From positions 1,018 through 65,017 of the forward strand of contig JBGQAU010000003.1 in NCBI GenBank assembly GCA_041494445.1: a DNA stretch of 64,000 bases, read 5' to 3'. Below are positions 7,521 through 15,793 of this stretch, one piece after another. A program made the translations under genes and the position numbers. The first letter of the stretch is position 1, and every line of letters starts with the position of its first letter. Source of the DNA: Acidobacteriota bacterium (GTDB taxonomy: Bacteria > Acidobacteriota > Polarisedimenticolia > Polarisedimenticolales > JAIQFR01). The notes beneath the pieces are model-generated. The model was not told the DNA's origin, ran no database searches, and saw nothing but the letters and a program-made list of their open reading frames with translations.

Positions 7521-8354
7521 TCAACCTCCTGTTGCCTTCGCCACCTTTCGCGCGTCCCAGGTCTCTAACACGAATATTGCCAGGGTGTGGGCTGCGTGCA
7601 CAGCGAGTCTTGCGTGTCGAGGTGAGGGCCGATACGGGCGGCGGCCTCGGCCATGCGCGGACCCCACGTGAGTTCGGAGCGCCCCTAGGCCATCAACGAT
7701 CGAAGTCAACCCGGACAGGATTCGCTTCAGGTCGTCGTCGGCCAGTTGGGAGGGGTCCAGCCCCAGGTGAGCCTGGACGACTTTCCACAGCGGCTTGATG
7801 GACTGGTCAGTCGGAGGCGTGAGTCCCTCATCCTCGATACAGACGTGACACAGGGACTCGACGCTCGCGCAGGCGGCAGTGATAGCGGCGCCCGGGTCTG
7901 TTTCGACGCTGGCCAGCGCCCGTTGGGACTCCATCTCGAGCGCTCCAAGGTCGCGAGATCGGAGAATCGACTCCAATGAGCGAGTTGGCACCCCTGCTTT
8001 GACCCTTAGAATCTTTCCGCCCGTATGATAGCTGAGCCCAAATCTCGCGAGCACGTCACGGACACGCTGGCGGGATCTGTCCAGATTGTCCTGCGTATCG
8101 TCACACCGGGGTCGATCGACCTCCATGAACTCTTCCAGCACCCCACCGAGGACTGCCAACGCATCGGTGCCCGAATCGGCGCTCGCGCGTCCTAGCCACC
8201 GGGCACACTTATCCTGACAGTTACCCTCCGGGGGGTCGCCTGGCGCACCCTTCTCCATGAACAGGCTGTCAAGGCGGCGGTGGCTGTAGTAGTGGGCGCC
8301 GAGAACCTCGCCCACGGTCACCCTGACAGGAATGGGAATACTCGTTTGATTCAT
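7521..8354 (-). CDS. Abi_C-type (abortive infection C-terminus) HEPN-family protein
   Basis: 277 aa. The C-terminal half contains LSGLTSIVDGLGALRTHVGSAHGRG, the Abi_C signature (R…GSAHG). The N-terminal region (YYSHRRLDSLFMEKGAPGDPPEGN…KCARWL) is typical of this family. Confidence 0.8.
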   Translation of the reverse strand: MNQTSIPIPVRVTVGEVLGAHYYSHRRLDSLFMEKGAPGDPPEGNCQDKCARWLGRASADSGTDALAVLGGVLEEFMEVDRPRCDDTQDNLDRSRQRVRDVLARFGLSYHTGGKILRVKAGVPTRSLESILRSRDLGALEMESQRALASVETDPGAAITAACASVESLCHVCIEDEGLTPPTDQSIKPLWKVVQAHLGLDPSQLADDDLKRILSGLTSIVDGLGALRTHVGSAHGRGRRPYRPSPRHARLAVHAAHTLAIFVLETWDARKVAKATGG

Positions 8355-8467
8355 CGCGCTATTCAGATCCGGCTAGACGATCCAGCTGACCCACCGGCGG
8401 GACCGGCGCGGGCGCCGCGCTGTTTGGAACGCCCGTGATAGGCCGGACCGTCAGCTTGGCGCGCGCG

Positions 8468-9313
8468 TTAGACGTCAGCCCCCTTGGCGGCTCTAAGTTT
8501 CTTCTCCAGGTACGTGGCGACGCCAGCCGCCGTGATTACTGCGAGTTCGGCTTCTTCGTAGGAAGGTGGCCGACCTTCCCGCAAGTGCCGCCCCATTTCA
8601 GAGGCGTAGCCCCACAGTCTTTTCAGTCCTTCATCCAGAGGTCGCGGAACGAGCCCGGGGTGGCGATCGATGATCTCGCCAAGCGTGGCCCTTTGATCGC
8701 CACAGGCCTCCCGTGCGACACATTCAACCGCAGCCATTCCGTGCTGCATCGCCCCTGTGACGTCCGGTTCGGGCCGACGGGCTAGGTCGCGCAACGCCTC
8801 ATGAATCTCCGTCGCCGCGGTGTTGAGTCCGGCCGCCGCGAGATCGTCGGCAGCTGGCCGCACCGCAGCCTCAAACGCTTCGGGACCCCGCACTTCAATC
8901 CGACCGTCGATCAGCTGCCAGCCGATACCCGCCTTCACGAAGAAAGCATTGACGCGTCTTGCGAATGAATCGTCGGCCCTTTCTGCGTCCGGTTCACGAA
9001 AGGCAGCACTCGCTTGACGCTTGAGGCTGGCATGGATTGCTTCAATGATGTCGTAGACTTCGAACCAGGAACAAGCATCGAGGAACTGGCGCACTTCCCA
9101 ATCGACGTTGGGAAAGGGCGACCAGTTGCTATCGTCCGGCCGACGCATCAGGACATCGCAGGCGATCGCCCGAACCTCGTGGGGGCCGAGGCCTGCGCCG
9201 TATGCGAAGTCGACTACGAGACCACGCAGATCGTGTGGCGCGTCGCGGCGCACGGTAATTTCTGCCGGTTTGGGCGCAAAGCCGTGACGTTCGGAGAAGG
9301 TCTTATCATCCAC
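8468..9313 (-). CDS. AbiJ-N-terminal-domain-like protein with C-terminal HEPN-like module
   Basis: 281 aa with a GTG start. N-terminus MDDKTFSERHGFAPKP…VRRDAPHDLRG resembles AbiJ NTDs. The C-terminus (LKRLWGYASEMGRHLREGRPPSYEEAELAV) resembles HEPN-type helical modules with a conserved R-H pair. The family assignment is less certain than for the two neighbouring genes. Confidence 0.65.
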   Translation of the reverse strand: MDDKTFSERHGFAPKPAEITVRRDAPHDLRGLVVDFAYGAGLGPHEVRAIACDVLMRRPDDSNWSPFPNVDWEVRQFLDACSWFEVYDIIEAIHASLKRQASAAFREPDAERADDSFARRVNAFFVKAGIGWQLIDGRIEVRGPEAFEAAVRPAADDLAAAGLNTAATEIHEALRDLARRPEPDVTGAMQHGMAAVECVAREACGDQRATLGEIIDRHPGLVPRPLDEGLKRLWGYASEMGRHLREGRPPSYEEAELAVITAAGVATYLEKKLRAAKGADV

Positions 9314-9636
9314 CTCTTGTGCCCTCTCTCCTGCGTCAACCCTGCACCTGACCCGCCGCCCTGCGGCTCAGCCCGACGGATCCCTCGCTGTCGGGGAGCA
9401 TACGCCGGTCGTGCTCGAAGTGGAAACGGCTCTCCGCCGGCCGCTCAGAGCGAGAGAGCCCCCGTGGCGCGGCGGTCGCTGTAAACCACTTCCGCCGGCC
9501 AGACCACGGCGGCGGAGAGCGCGACGGGTTCTTCTGGACGAAAAAGGTCGCGAGTTTCGCGGAGGTGAGCGCGGAAAAGCTTGAGAATCCAGGCTCGGCC
9601 TGTTCACCACTCCCCGGGTTTTGTAGTCGAGTGGTT

Positions 9637-9660
9637 TGGCTCCCGAACCGGGACTCGAAC
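9637..9660 (-). pseudogene. tRNA 3'-terminal fragment (T-loop, 3' T-stem, 3' acceptor strand, CCA); possible att repeat or decayed tRNA
   Basis: The minus strand reads GTTCGAGTCCCGGTTCGGGAGCCA. The upstream bases cannot form the 5' T-stem, and no complementary 5' acceptor strand is present. The fragment sits at the GC-composition switch. Confidence 0.7.
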
Positions 9661-9674
9661 TATCGACGCGGTGG

Positions 9675-10082
9675 TTACGACTCGATCGCCTTCCCGCAGT
9701 ACCGGCAGAGCTTCGCGGCGGCCTTGATCGTCTCCGCGCAGTAAGGGCACGCGCGCGTCGCTCCCGGCGCGGGCGATGGGGCGCTCGGGTCGCGCGCCTG
9801 GGCTCCCTCGATCAGCTCCTTGATCCGGACGGCGTCCCTCTTGCGGTGGCCGTGGCTCGCGATCGGGTCGGAGCCGCCCGACGACTCGATCAGGATGTCG
9901 GACCAGAGGACACCGGTCTCGATCCGGACCGATGCGATCCGGTTCAGGTGGATGCTGATCTCGTTCTTCGTGAACAGCGTGCGCGTGCGCTTCACGACGA
10001 ACGTGTCCCCCACCTCGATCACCGTGGGGAACAGGTGGTTTCCCTTAGTCAGGCGGCTCGCGGCGAACGTCTCGACGGGCAT
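9675..10082 (-). CDS. Bacterial PH-domain protein with C-terminal zinc ribbon
   Basis: 135 aa. The pattern FPTVIEVGDTFVVKRTRTLFTKNEISIHLNRIASVRIETGVLWSDILIESSGG is bPH-like. The C-terminus carries CPYCAETI…CRYCG. It lies 12 nt downstream of glgP, so it is probably co-transcribed. Confidence 0.7.
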   Translation of the reverse strand: MPVETFAASRLTKGNHLFPTVIEVGDTFVVKRTRTLFTKNEISIHLNRIASVRIETGVLWSDILIESSGGSDPIASHGHRKRDAVRIKELIEGAQARDPSAPSPAPGATRACPYCAETIKAAAKLCRYCGKAIES

Positions 10083-10094
10083 GGTGGCTCCGAT

Positions 10095-12659
10095 CTACGC
10101 CCATGCGATCAGGCCGGTCTCGTGCGTCCGGCCGAGGTCCTCGTGCCGCGGCAGCACGCGGACGGTGAGCCCCTGCGTCCCGCTGGTCCGGCAGGGCATC
10201 TTGACGGAGAACGTGAGTCCGCCGGCGGGGTCCTGCCCCGCGGGCGCCATCTCCACGGCCTCGGGCTCGACGATCTCGCGGCTCTCGCGGAGCTTCCCGA
10301 GGTAGACCTGCACCGCGAGGTCGGCGGCGTCGAGCCCCCCGGTCTCGATCCAGGCCTTGACCTCGAACTGCATCCCGACCCGCGTATCCTCCGGCAGGAC
10401 GATCTCGACGCGGAGGACGCGGACGCCGCCCCAGGCCCTGCGCACCCGCTCCTTCCAGCGGGCCAGCTCCCGGGCACGCCGGTAGCCGTCCTCCTCGAAC
10501 CGCGCGCGCCGCTCCTGGGCCGGGCCGTACGCCGCGACCATGTACTGGTGGACCATCCGGTTCGTGTTGAAGACCGGACACAGCTCTCCCATGGCGGTCT
10601 TCATCAGGGAGATCCAGCCCCGGGGCAGATGGTCGGCGCCGCGCGTGTAGAACAGCGGCACCACCTCGACCTCGAGGAGATCGCAGAGCGCGCCCGCCTC
10701 GACGCGGTCCTGGTAGTCGAGGTCGCGGTAGTCCTCCCCTTTCCCGATCCCCCAACCGGTGCGCTGCGAGCAGGCCTCGTCCCACCATCCGTCGAGGATG
10801 CTGAGGTTCAAGGCACCGTTGAACGCCGCCTTCATCCCGCTGGTCCCGCTGGCCTCCATCGGGCGCCGCGGCGTGTTGAGCCAGACGTCCACCCCCTGCA
10901 CGAGGTAGCGGGCGACCACCTGGTCGTAGTCCTCGATGAACACCAGCCGGCGCCGGAACTCGGGCCGCCTCGCCAGCTGGATGATCTCCCGGATCAGCTG
11001 TTTCCCGGGCTCGTCTCTCGGGTGCGCCTTCCCGGCGAACACGATCTGGACCGGGCGACCGGGCGCGTTCAGGATCCGCTCGAGGCGCGCGGGGTCCCGC
11101 AGCAGCAGCGTCCCCCGCTTGTACGTCGCGAACCGCCGCGCGAAGCCGATGGTCAGCGCCTCGGGGTCGAGGACGTCCTCCGCCTGGGCGATCTCCGACA
11201 TGCCCGCGCCCCGCGCCTCGAGCTGCGCCGCCAGCCGCCGGCGCGCGAACGCGACCAAGCGCTCGCGCCGCCGCTCGTGGGTCCTCCACAGCTCCTCCCC
11301 CGGGATCTGCTCGCCGCGCGCCCAGACCCGCGTGTCGCCCGGCTCCTCGGACCAGCACGGGCCGAGGTACCGGTCGTACAGGTTTCGCATCTCGTCGGAG
11401 ATCCAGGACTGCGGATGGACCCCGTTGGTGACGTGCGTGATCGGGATCTCGTCCAGGGGGACGCCGGGCCAGGCCTCCTGCCACATCGCCCGGGAGACCT
11501 TCCCGTGCAGCCGGCTCACCCCGTTGGCGAACCCCGAGGTCCTGATCGCGAGCACGGCCATGTTGAACCGCTCGTCCTGACGGCCGGGGTGGATCCTGCC
11601 GAGGTCGAGGAACGGCTCGCGCTCGAGCGAGAGCTCGGCGCGGAACGGCGCGAAGTAACGCTCCATGAGGTCCGGCTCGAACACGTCGATGCCCGCCGGC
11701 ACCGGCGTGTGCGTCGTGAAGACTCCGCTGGCCGCCGCCACCTCCAGCGCCTCCCGGAACGCGAGGCCGTGTTCCTTCATCAGAAGGCGCACCCGCTCGA
11801 GGCCGAGGAACGCGCAGTGCCCCTCGTTCATGTGGAACACCCGGGGCCTCAGACCCAGGGCATCGAGGGCCCGCACGCCTCCGATCCCCAGGACGATCTC
11901 CTGCCGGATCCGCATCTCGCTGTCGCCGCCGTACAGCTCGGCGGTGACGTCCTGGAGGTCCGGCGGGTTCTCGACGAGGTTGGCGTCGAGCAGCACCAGC
12001 GTCACCCGGCCGACCTCGGCCCGCCACGGCCGCAACACCAGAGGCCGCCCCGCGAGGTCCACGGTGATCCGGACCGGCCGGTTCCGCTCTCCGTGGAACG
12101 GCCGCACCGGCAGAACGGAGAAATCGTTGACCGGGTAGCGCTCCTGCTGCCACCCCTCCGCGGTGAGGTACTGCCGGAAGTACCCGTTCTGGTAGAGGAG
12201 CCCGACCCCGACGAGCGGGAGGCCCAGCTCGCTCGCCGACTTCAGGTGGTCGCCGGCGAGGATGCCGAGACCCCCAGAGTAGATCGGCAGGCTCTCCGTC
12301 AGGCCGAATTCCATGGAGAAATACGCGACCTCGGGGGTCGCCCAGGCCCCGTACCTCCTCTGGTGCCAGGTCCCGGCGCCCGCGACGTACTCCCCGAGAG
12401 CCGCCGCCACACGGTCCATGTGCGCGAGGAACGCCTCGTCCTGGGCCGCCTCCTGGAGCCGCTCCTGCCGGATGCTCCCGAGCATCAGGACGGGGTTGTG
12501 CCCGCTCTCCTCCCAGAGGTCGCGGTCGAGCCTGCGGAACAGGCTGATCGTCTCGTGGTCCCAGGACCACCTAAGGTTGTAGGCGACCTCCTCGAGCGCG
12601 GCCAGGCGCTCGGGGAGCGCGGGCTTCACGTGAAACGTCTTGACGGGGCGCATGGGCAT
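10095..12659 (-). CDS. glgP: Alpha-glucan (glycogen/maltodextrin) phosphorylase, alpha-1,4-glucan phosphorylase family
   Basis: 854 aa from MPMRPVKTFHVKPALPERLAALEEVAYNLRWSWDHE. Further matches include AYFSMEFGL…IYSGGLGILAGDHLKSASELGLPLVGVG and EASGTSGMKAAFNGALNLSILDGWW (pyridoxal-phosphate Lys region). The listed 1208-aa ORF is a spurious upstream extension. Confidence 0.9.
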   Translation of the reverse strand: MPMRPVKTFHVKPALPERLAALEEVAYNLRWSWDHETISLFRRLDRDLWEESGHNPVLMLGSIRQERLQEAAQDEAFLAHMDRVAAALGEYVAGAGTWHQRRYGAWATPEVAYFSMEFGLTESLPIYSGGLGILAGDHLKSASELGLPLVGVGLLYQNGYFRQYLTAEGWQQERYPVNDFSVLPVRPFHGERNRPVRITVDLAGRPLVLRPWRAEVGRVTLVLLDANLVENPPDLQDVTAELYGGDSEMRIRQEIVLGIGGVRALDALGLRPRVFHMNEGHCAFLGLERVRLLMKEHGLAFREALEVAAASGVFTTHTPVPAGIDVFEPDLMERYFAPFRAELSLEREPFLDLGRIHPGRQDERFNMAVLAIRTSGFANGVSRLHGKVSRAMWQEAWPGVPLDEIPITHVTNGVHPQSWISDEMRNLYDRYLGPCWSEEPGDTRVWARGEQIPGEELWRTHERRRERLVAFARRRLAAQLEARGAGMSEIAQAEDVLDPEALTIGFARRFATYKRGTLLLRDPARLERILNAPGRPVQIVFAGKAHPRDEPGKQLIREIIQLARRPEFRRRLVFIEDYDQVVARYLVQGVDVWLNTPRRPMEASGTSGMKAAFNGALNLSILDGWWDEACSQRTGWGIGKGEDYRDLDYQDRVEAGALCDLLEVEVVPLFYTRGADHLPRGWISLMKTAMGELCPVFNTNRMVHQYMVAAYGPAQERRARFEEDGYRRARELARWKERVRRAWGGVRVLRVEIVLPEDTRVGMQFEVKAWIETGGLDAADLAVQVYLGKLRESREIVEPEAVEMAPAGQDPAGGLTFSVKMPCRTSGTQGLTVRVLPRHEDLGRTHETGLIAWA

Positions 12660-12721
12660 CTCCCGAAGGGGTGGCGCCCAGCATAGGAACACCGGTTCCG
12701 CGGTGTCAAATCGGAAAGCCG

Positions 12722-13792
12722 CTAGGACGGCTTCGCCCGGCCGTACTGCAACGGCCAGTAATCGATCTCGACGCCGAGCGCCTCGGCGGCGTGGAGCGGC
12801 CAGTACGGATCGCGAAGTAGCTGCCGCGCGAGGAAGACCGCGTCGGCCTTGCCCGTCGCGACGATCTCCTCCGCCTGCGCGGGCTCCGTGATGAGCCCGA
12901 CGGCGCCCGTCGCGATCCCCGCGCCCTTGCGGACCGCCTCCGCGAACGGGACCTGGTAGCCGGGACCCAACGCGACCTTCGCGTGAGGCACCGCTCCGCC
13001 GCTCGAGCAGTCCACGAGGTCCACACCGACCGCCTTGAGCCGCCGCGCGAACTCGATCGCCTGAGGGAGGTCCCATCCGCCCTCCACCCAGTCGGTCGCG
13101 GAGATCCTCGCGAAGAGCGGCAGATGGGCGGGCCACGCCTCGCGCACCGCCTTCGCCACCTCGAGAGGGAAGCGCATCCGGTTCTCGAGGCTGCCGCCGT
13201 AATCGTCCGTCCTCCGGTTCGAGAGCGGCGACAGGAACTGGTGCAGGAGGTAGCCGTGGGCCATGTGGATCTCGACCGCCTCGAGCCCGCCGAGCCGCGC
13301 GAAGCGCGCCGCGTCGGAGAAACGCTCCACGAGCGAAGCGATGTCCTCGACGCTCAGCTCCTTCGGCACCGCGTCCGCGTCGTCGAACGGGATCGGGCTC
13401 GGCGCGACGGGCCGCCAGCCCCCCTCCGCCTCCGGGACCTGGCCGGTCCCCCGCCACGGCGCACGGGTCGAGGCCTTGCGCCCCGCGTGGGCCAGCTGGA
13501 TCGCCGGGACGGCCCCCTGGCTCTTCACGAAGCTCGCGAGCGAGCCGAACGCCTCCCCGTGCGCCTCGGACCAGAGCCCCGAATCGGAGGGGCTGATCCG
13601 TCCCCACGGGGCGACCGCGGTCGCCTCGACCATCACGAGGCCCGCGCCGCCGACGGCGCGGCTCCCGAGGTGCACGAGGTGCCAGTCCGTGGGGAAGCCG
13701 TCGTGGCTCGAGTACTGGCACATCGGGGAGACGAAGATCCGGTTGCGGAACACGACGTCACGGAGCTTCCAAGGGGAAAAGAGCACGCTCAC
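12722..13792 (-). CDS. NADH:flavin oxidoreductase, Old Yellow Enzyme family (YqjM/NamA type)
   Basis: 356 aa with a GTG start after AGGAGGG. Matches include LFSPWKLRDVVFRNRIFVSPMCQYSS…GFPTDWHLVHLGSRAVGGAGLVMVEATAV and HMAHGYLLHQFLSPLSNRRTDDYGGSLENR. Confidence 0.9.
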   Translation of the reverse strand: MSVLFSPWKLRDVVFRNRIFVSPMCQYSSHDGFPTDWHLVHLGSRAVGGAGLVMVEATAVAPWGRISPSDSGLWSEAHGEAFGSLASFVKSQGAVPAIQLAHAGRKASTRAPWRGTGQVPEAEGGWRPVAPSPIPFDDADAVPKELSVEDIASLVERFSDAARFARLGGLEAVEIHMAHGYLLHQFLSPLSNRRTDDYGGSLENRMRFPLEVAKAVREAWPAHLPLFARISATDWVEGGWDLPQAIEFARRLKAVGVDLVDCSSGGAVPHAKVALGPGYQVPFAEAVRKGAGIATGAVGLITEPAQAEEIVATGKADAVFLARQLLRDPYWPLHAAEALGVEIDYWPLQYGRAKPS

Positions 13793-13876
13793 GGCCGACC
13801 CTCCTGACGCTGTTGTATATTCTTCGGCCCGGACAGTTTCTCTCGGACCGGTCGCGCGATCAAGGACTCTCGGACG

Positions 13877-15793
13877 ATGCACATTCCGGACTCGGCGGTC
13901 AGTCCCGCCACGTCCCTCCTGGCCGGGGCCGCGATGCTCCCCGTCTGGTACGCCGCGGCGCGACGGCTCAAGGCGACGCTCGCGACCCGCCGCGTGCCGC
14001 TCCTCGCCGCCGGCGCCGCGTTCTGCTTCACGATCATGATGTTCAACATCCCCGTGCCGGGCGGGACCACGGTCCACGCCGTGGGCGGCGTGCTGCTCGC
14101 CGTCCTCCTGGGACCCTGGGCGGCGGTGATGGGGATGACGGTCACCCTCGCGATCCAGGCGCTGTTCTTCGCCGACGGCGGCGTGCTCGCGATCGGCGCG
14201 AACTGCCTGGCGATGGCGTTCGCGATGCCGTTCGCGGGCTACGCGGCGTACCGCGTCGCCGCCGGTGGCGCGGCCGCGGATTCGCGACGGCGCGCGGTCG
14301 CGGCGGGGATCGGCGCGTACGTCGGGGTGAACGTCGCGGCGCTCGTCGTGGCCGTGATCCTCGGCGTCCAGCCCCTTCTCCACCACGACGCCGCGGGGCA
14401 CGCGCTGTACTTCCCGTTCGGGCTCTCCCTCACCGTGCCGGCGATGATGATCGCGCACCTGACGGTCGCGGGACTTGGCGAGGCCGCGCTCACCTTCCTC
14501 GCCGTGCGGTACCTGCAGAAGGCACGCATCCCCCTCGCGGACCCTCAGGCCGCGGGGACCGCGGCGGGCCGGCCGGGTGTCGAGTGGCTCCTGGCGGGAC
14601 TCGGGGTGCTGATCGCGCTGACTCCCCTGGGGCTCCTCGCGAAGGGCTCGACCTGGGGCGAGGAATCCGTCGAGGACCTCCACGGCGTTCCGGGATCCAT
14701 TCCGTTCCCCGATTACCTGAGCGGCCATGGCCCGCTCGCGTACTGTGTATCGGGGCTCGTCGGCGCCGTCGCCGTCGGTATGCTCCTCTACGCGACGGGA
14801 CGGCTGCTCGCGCGCCGCCGGCGGCCCCCGGCGGACGGCCCGCCGCCGGGAGGATCCGGTATCGGACCGGGACCCGGCTCGATCCCCGACTGGCTTCGGA
14901 CCGACGCAGGTGCCGGCGGCCGCGAGGAAAGCGGGCACCGGCGCGGCGCCCTGCCGCTCTTCCGCGGGCGGGACTTCGTCGAGAAATCGCTGGCCGACCT
15001 CGCCGAGAGCGCGCGGACGGCGCTCGTCGCCGAGACGTGGGCTCGGCGCGACGGATTGCTCCAGCGGCTCGACCCGCGTGCGAAGGTCGTCGCTCTTCTC
15101 GGGTTCGTGGTGCTGACCGCTTTCCTCCGGAATCCCTGGACGCTCCTGGCGCTCGTGGCGCTCGTCACGGCGCTCGCGGCGGTCTCGCGAATCCCCGTCG
15201 GGGTCCTCCACCGCCGCGTGTGGCTGTCGGTGCCCCTCGCGGTGGGAGCGGTCACGCTTCCCGCCGTCCTGAGCGCCGTCACCCCGGGCCGGGCGCTCGT
15301 CGTCCTCTCGCGGGACCCGTACCTGGCCGTCACCGCTCCAGGGGTAGCGCAGGCCGGGCTTCTCGCGCTCAGGGTCGGGGTCGCGGTGTCGTTCGTGGTC
15401 CTCCTGGCGCTGACGACGCCCTGGAACGACCTGATGCGTGGCCTCGGGGCGCTCGGGGTCCCGCGGTCGTTCCTTACCGTCCTGGCGATGGCGTACCGGT
15501 ACCTTGGGGTGCTCTCCCACTCCGCGTACGAGACGTTCGTCGCGCGGAAGAGCCGGACGGTGGGACGCGCGCGCTCGCGGGAGCGGCGCGGGTTCCTGGG
15601 CGGCGCGGCGGGGGGATTGCTCGGAAGGACGCTGGCGCTGGGCGAGGAGGTCCACGCGGCGATGATCGCCCGGGGATTCGGCGGCGACGCACGGTCGCTC
15701 GCGTCGCTGCGTCTCACGGCGGCCGACGCGGCGTGGCTGGCGGCGATGGCGATGATCGCCCTCCTCGCCGCCTTCTGGGGGACGCTTGGCTAG
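13877..15793 (+). CDS. Fused ECF-transporter membrane protein: CbiM/NikM S-component + PDGLE (CbiN/NikN-like) segment + CbiQ T-component
   Basis: The N-terminus MHIPDSAVSP…FNIPVPGGTTVHAVGG is CbiM/NikM-type. The middle segment STWGEE…PFPDYLSG is PDGLE-like. The C-terminal part (LDPRAKVVALLGFVVL…ALRVGVAVSFVVLLALTTPW…YRYLGVL…ARGF) is CbiQ-like. Confidence 0.85.
   Translation: MHIPDSAVSPATSLLAGAAMLPVWYAAARRLKATLATRRVPLLAAGAAFCFTIMMFNIPVPGGTTVHAVGGVLLAVLLGPWAAVMGMTVTLAIQALFFADGGVLAIGANCLAMAFAMPFAGYAAYRVAAGGAAADSRRRAVAAGIGAYVGVNVAALVVAVILGVQPLLHHDAAGHALYFPFGLSLTVPAMMIAHLTVAGLGEAALTFLAVRYLQKARIPLADPQAAGTAAGRPGVEWLLAGLGVLIALTPLGLLAKGSTWGEESVEDLHGVPGSIPFPDYLSGHGPLAYCVSGLVGAVAVGMLLYATGRLLARRRRPPADGPPPGGSGIGPGPGSIPDWLRTDAGAGGREESGHRRGALPLFRGRDFVEKSLADLAESARTALVAETWARRDGLLQRLDPRAKVVALLGFVVLTAFLRNPWTLLALVALVTALAAVSRIPVGVLHRRVWLSVPLAVGAVTLPAVLSAVTPGRALVVLSRDPYLAVTAPGVAQAGLLALRVGVAVSFVVLLALTTPWNDLMRGLGALGVPRSFLTVLAMAYRYLGVLSHSAYETFVARKSRTVGRARSRERRGFLGGAAGGLLGRTLALGEEVHAAMIARGFGGDARSLASLRLTAADAAWLAAMAMIALLAAFWGTLG

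Noticed and set aside
9368-9610. 80-aa minus-strand ORF between the AbiJ-like gene and the tRNA fragment, considered as a possible antitoxin or integrase remnant.
   Set aside because: It is a Ser/Arg/Pro-rich translation with no SD and no integrase or HTH motif. The other frames lack start codons.
9637-9712. An intact tRNA gene on the minus strand ending in the encoded CCA at 9637.
   Set aside because: Manual folding fails. There is no 5' T-stem partner, no complementary 5' acceptor strand and no recognisable D or anticodon arm. The PH/zinc-ribbon CDS also occupies most of the interval. It is kept only as a 24-nt fragment.
9636-12686. 1016-aa plus-strand ORF, and an 841-aa minus-strand ORF at 10045-12570, both overlapping glgP.
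   Set aside because: They are Arg/Pro/Gly/Asp-rich low-complexity translations with no motifs. These are typical shadow ORFs of a very GC-rich real gene, and the GlgP frame explains the region.
10095-13721. 1208-aa ORF (and the 977-aa ORF at 12722-15655) taken at face value as giant proteins.
   Set aside because: Only the C-terminal parts are protein-like (GlgP from 12659, OYE from 13792). The N-terminal extensions are RG-rich. They overlap the neighbouring real genes out of frame or antisense.
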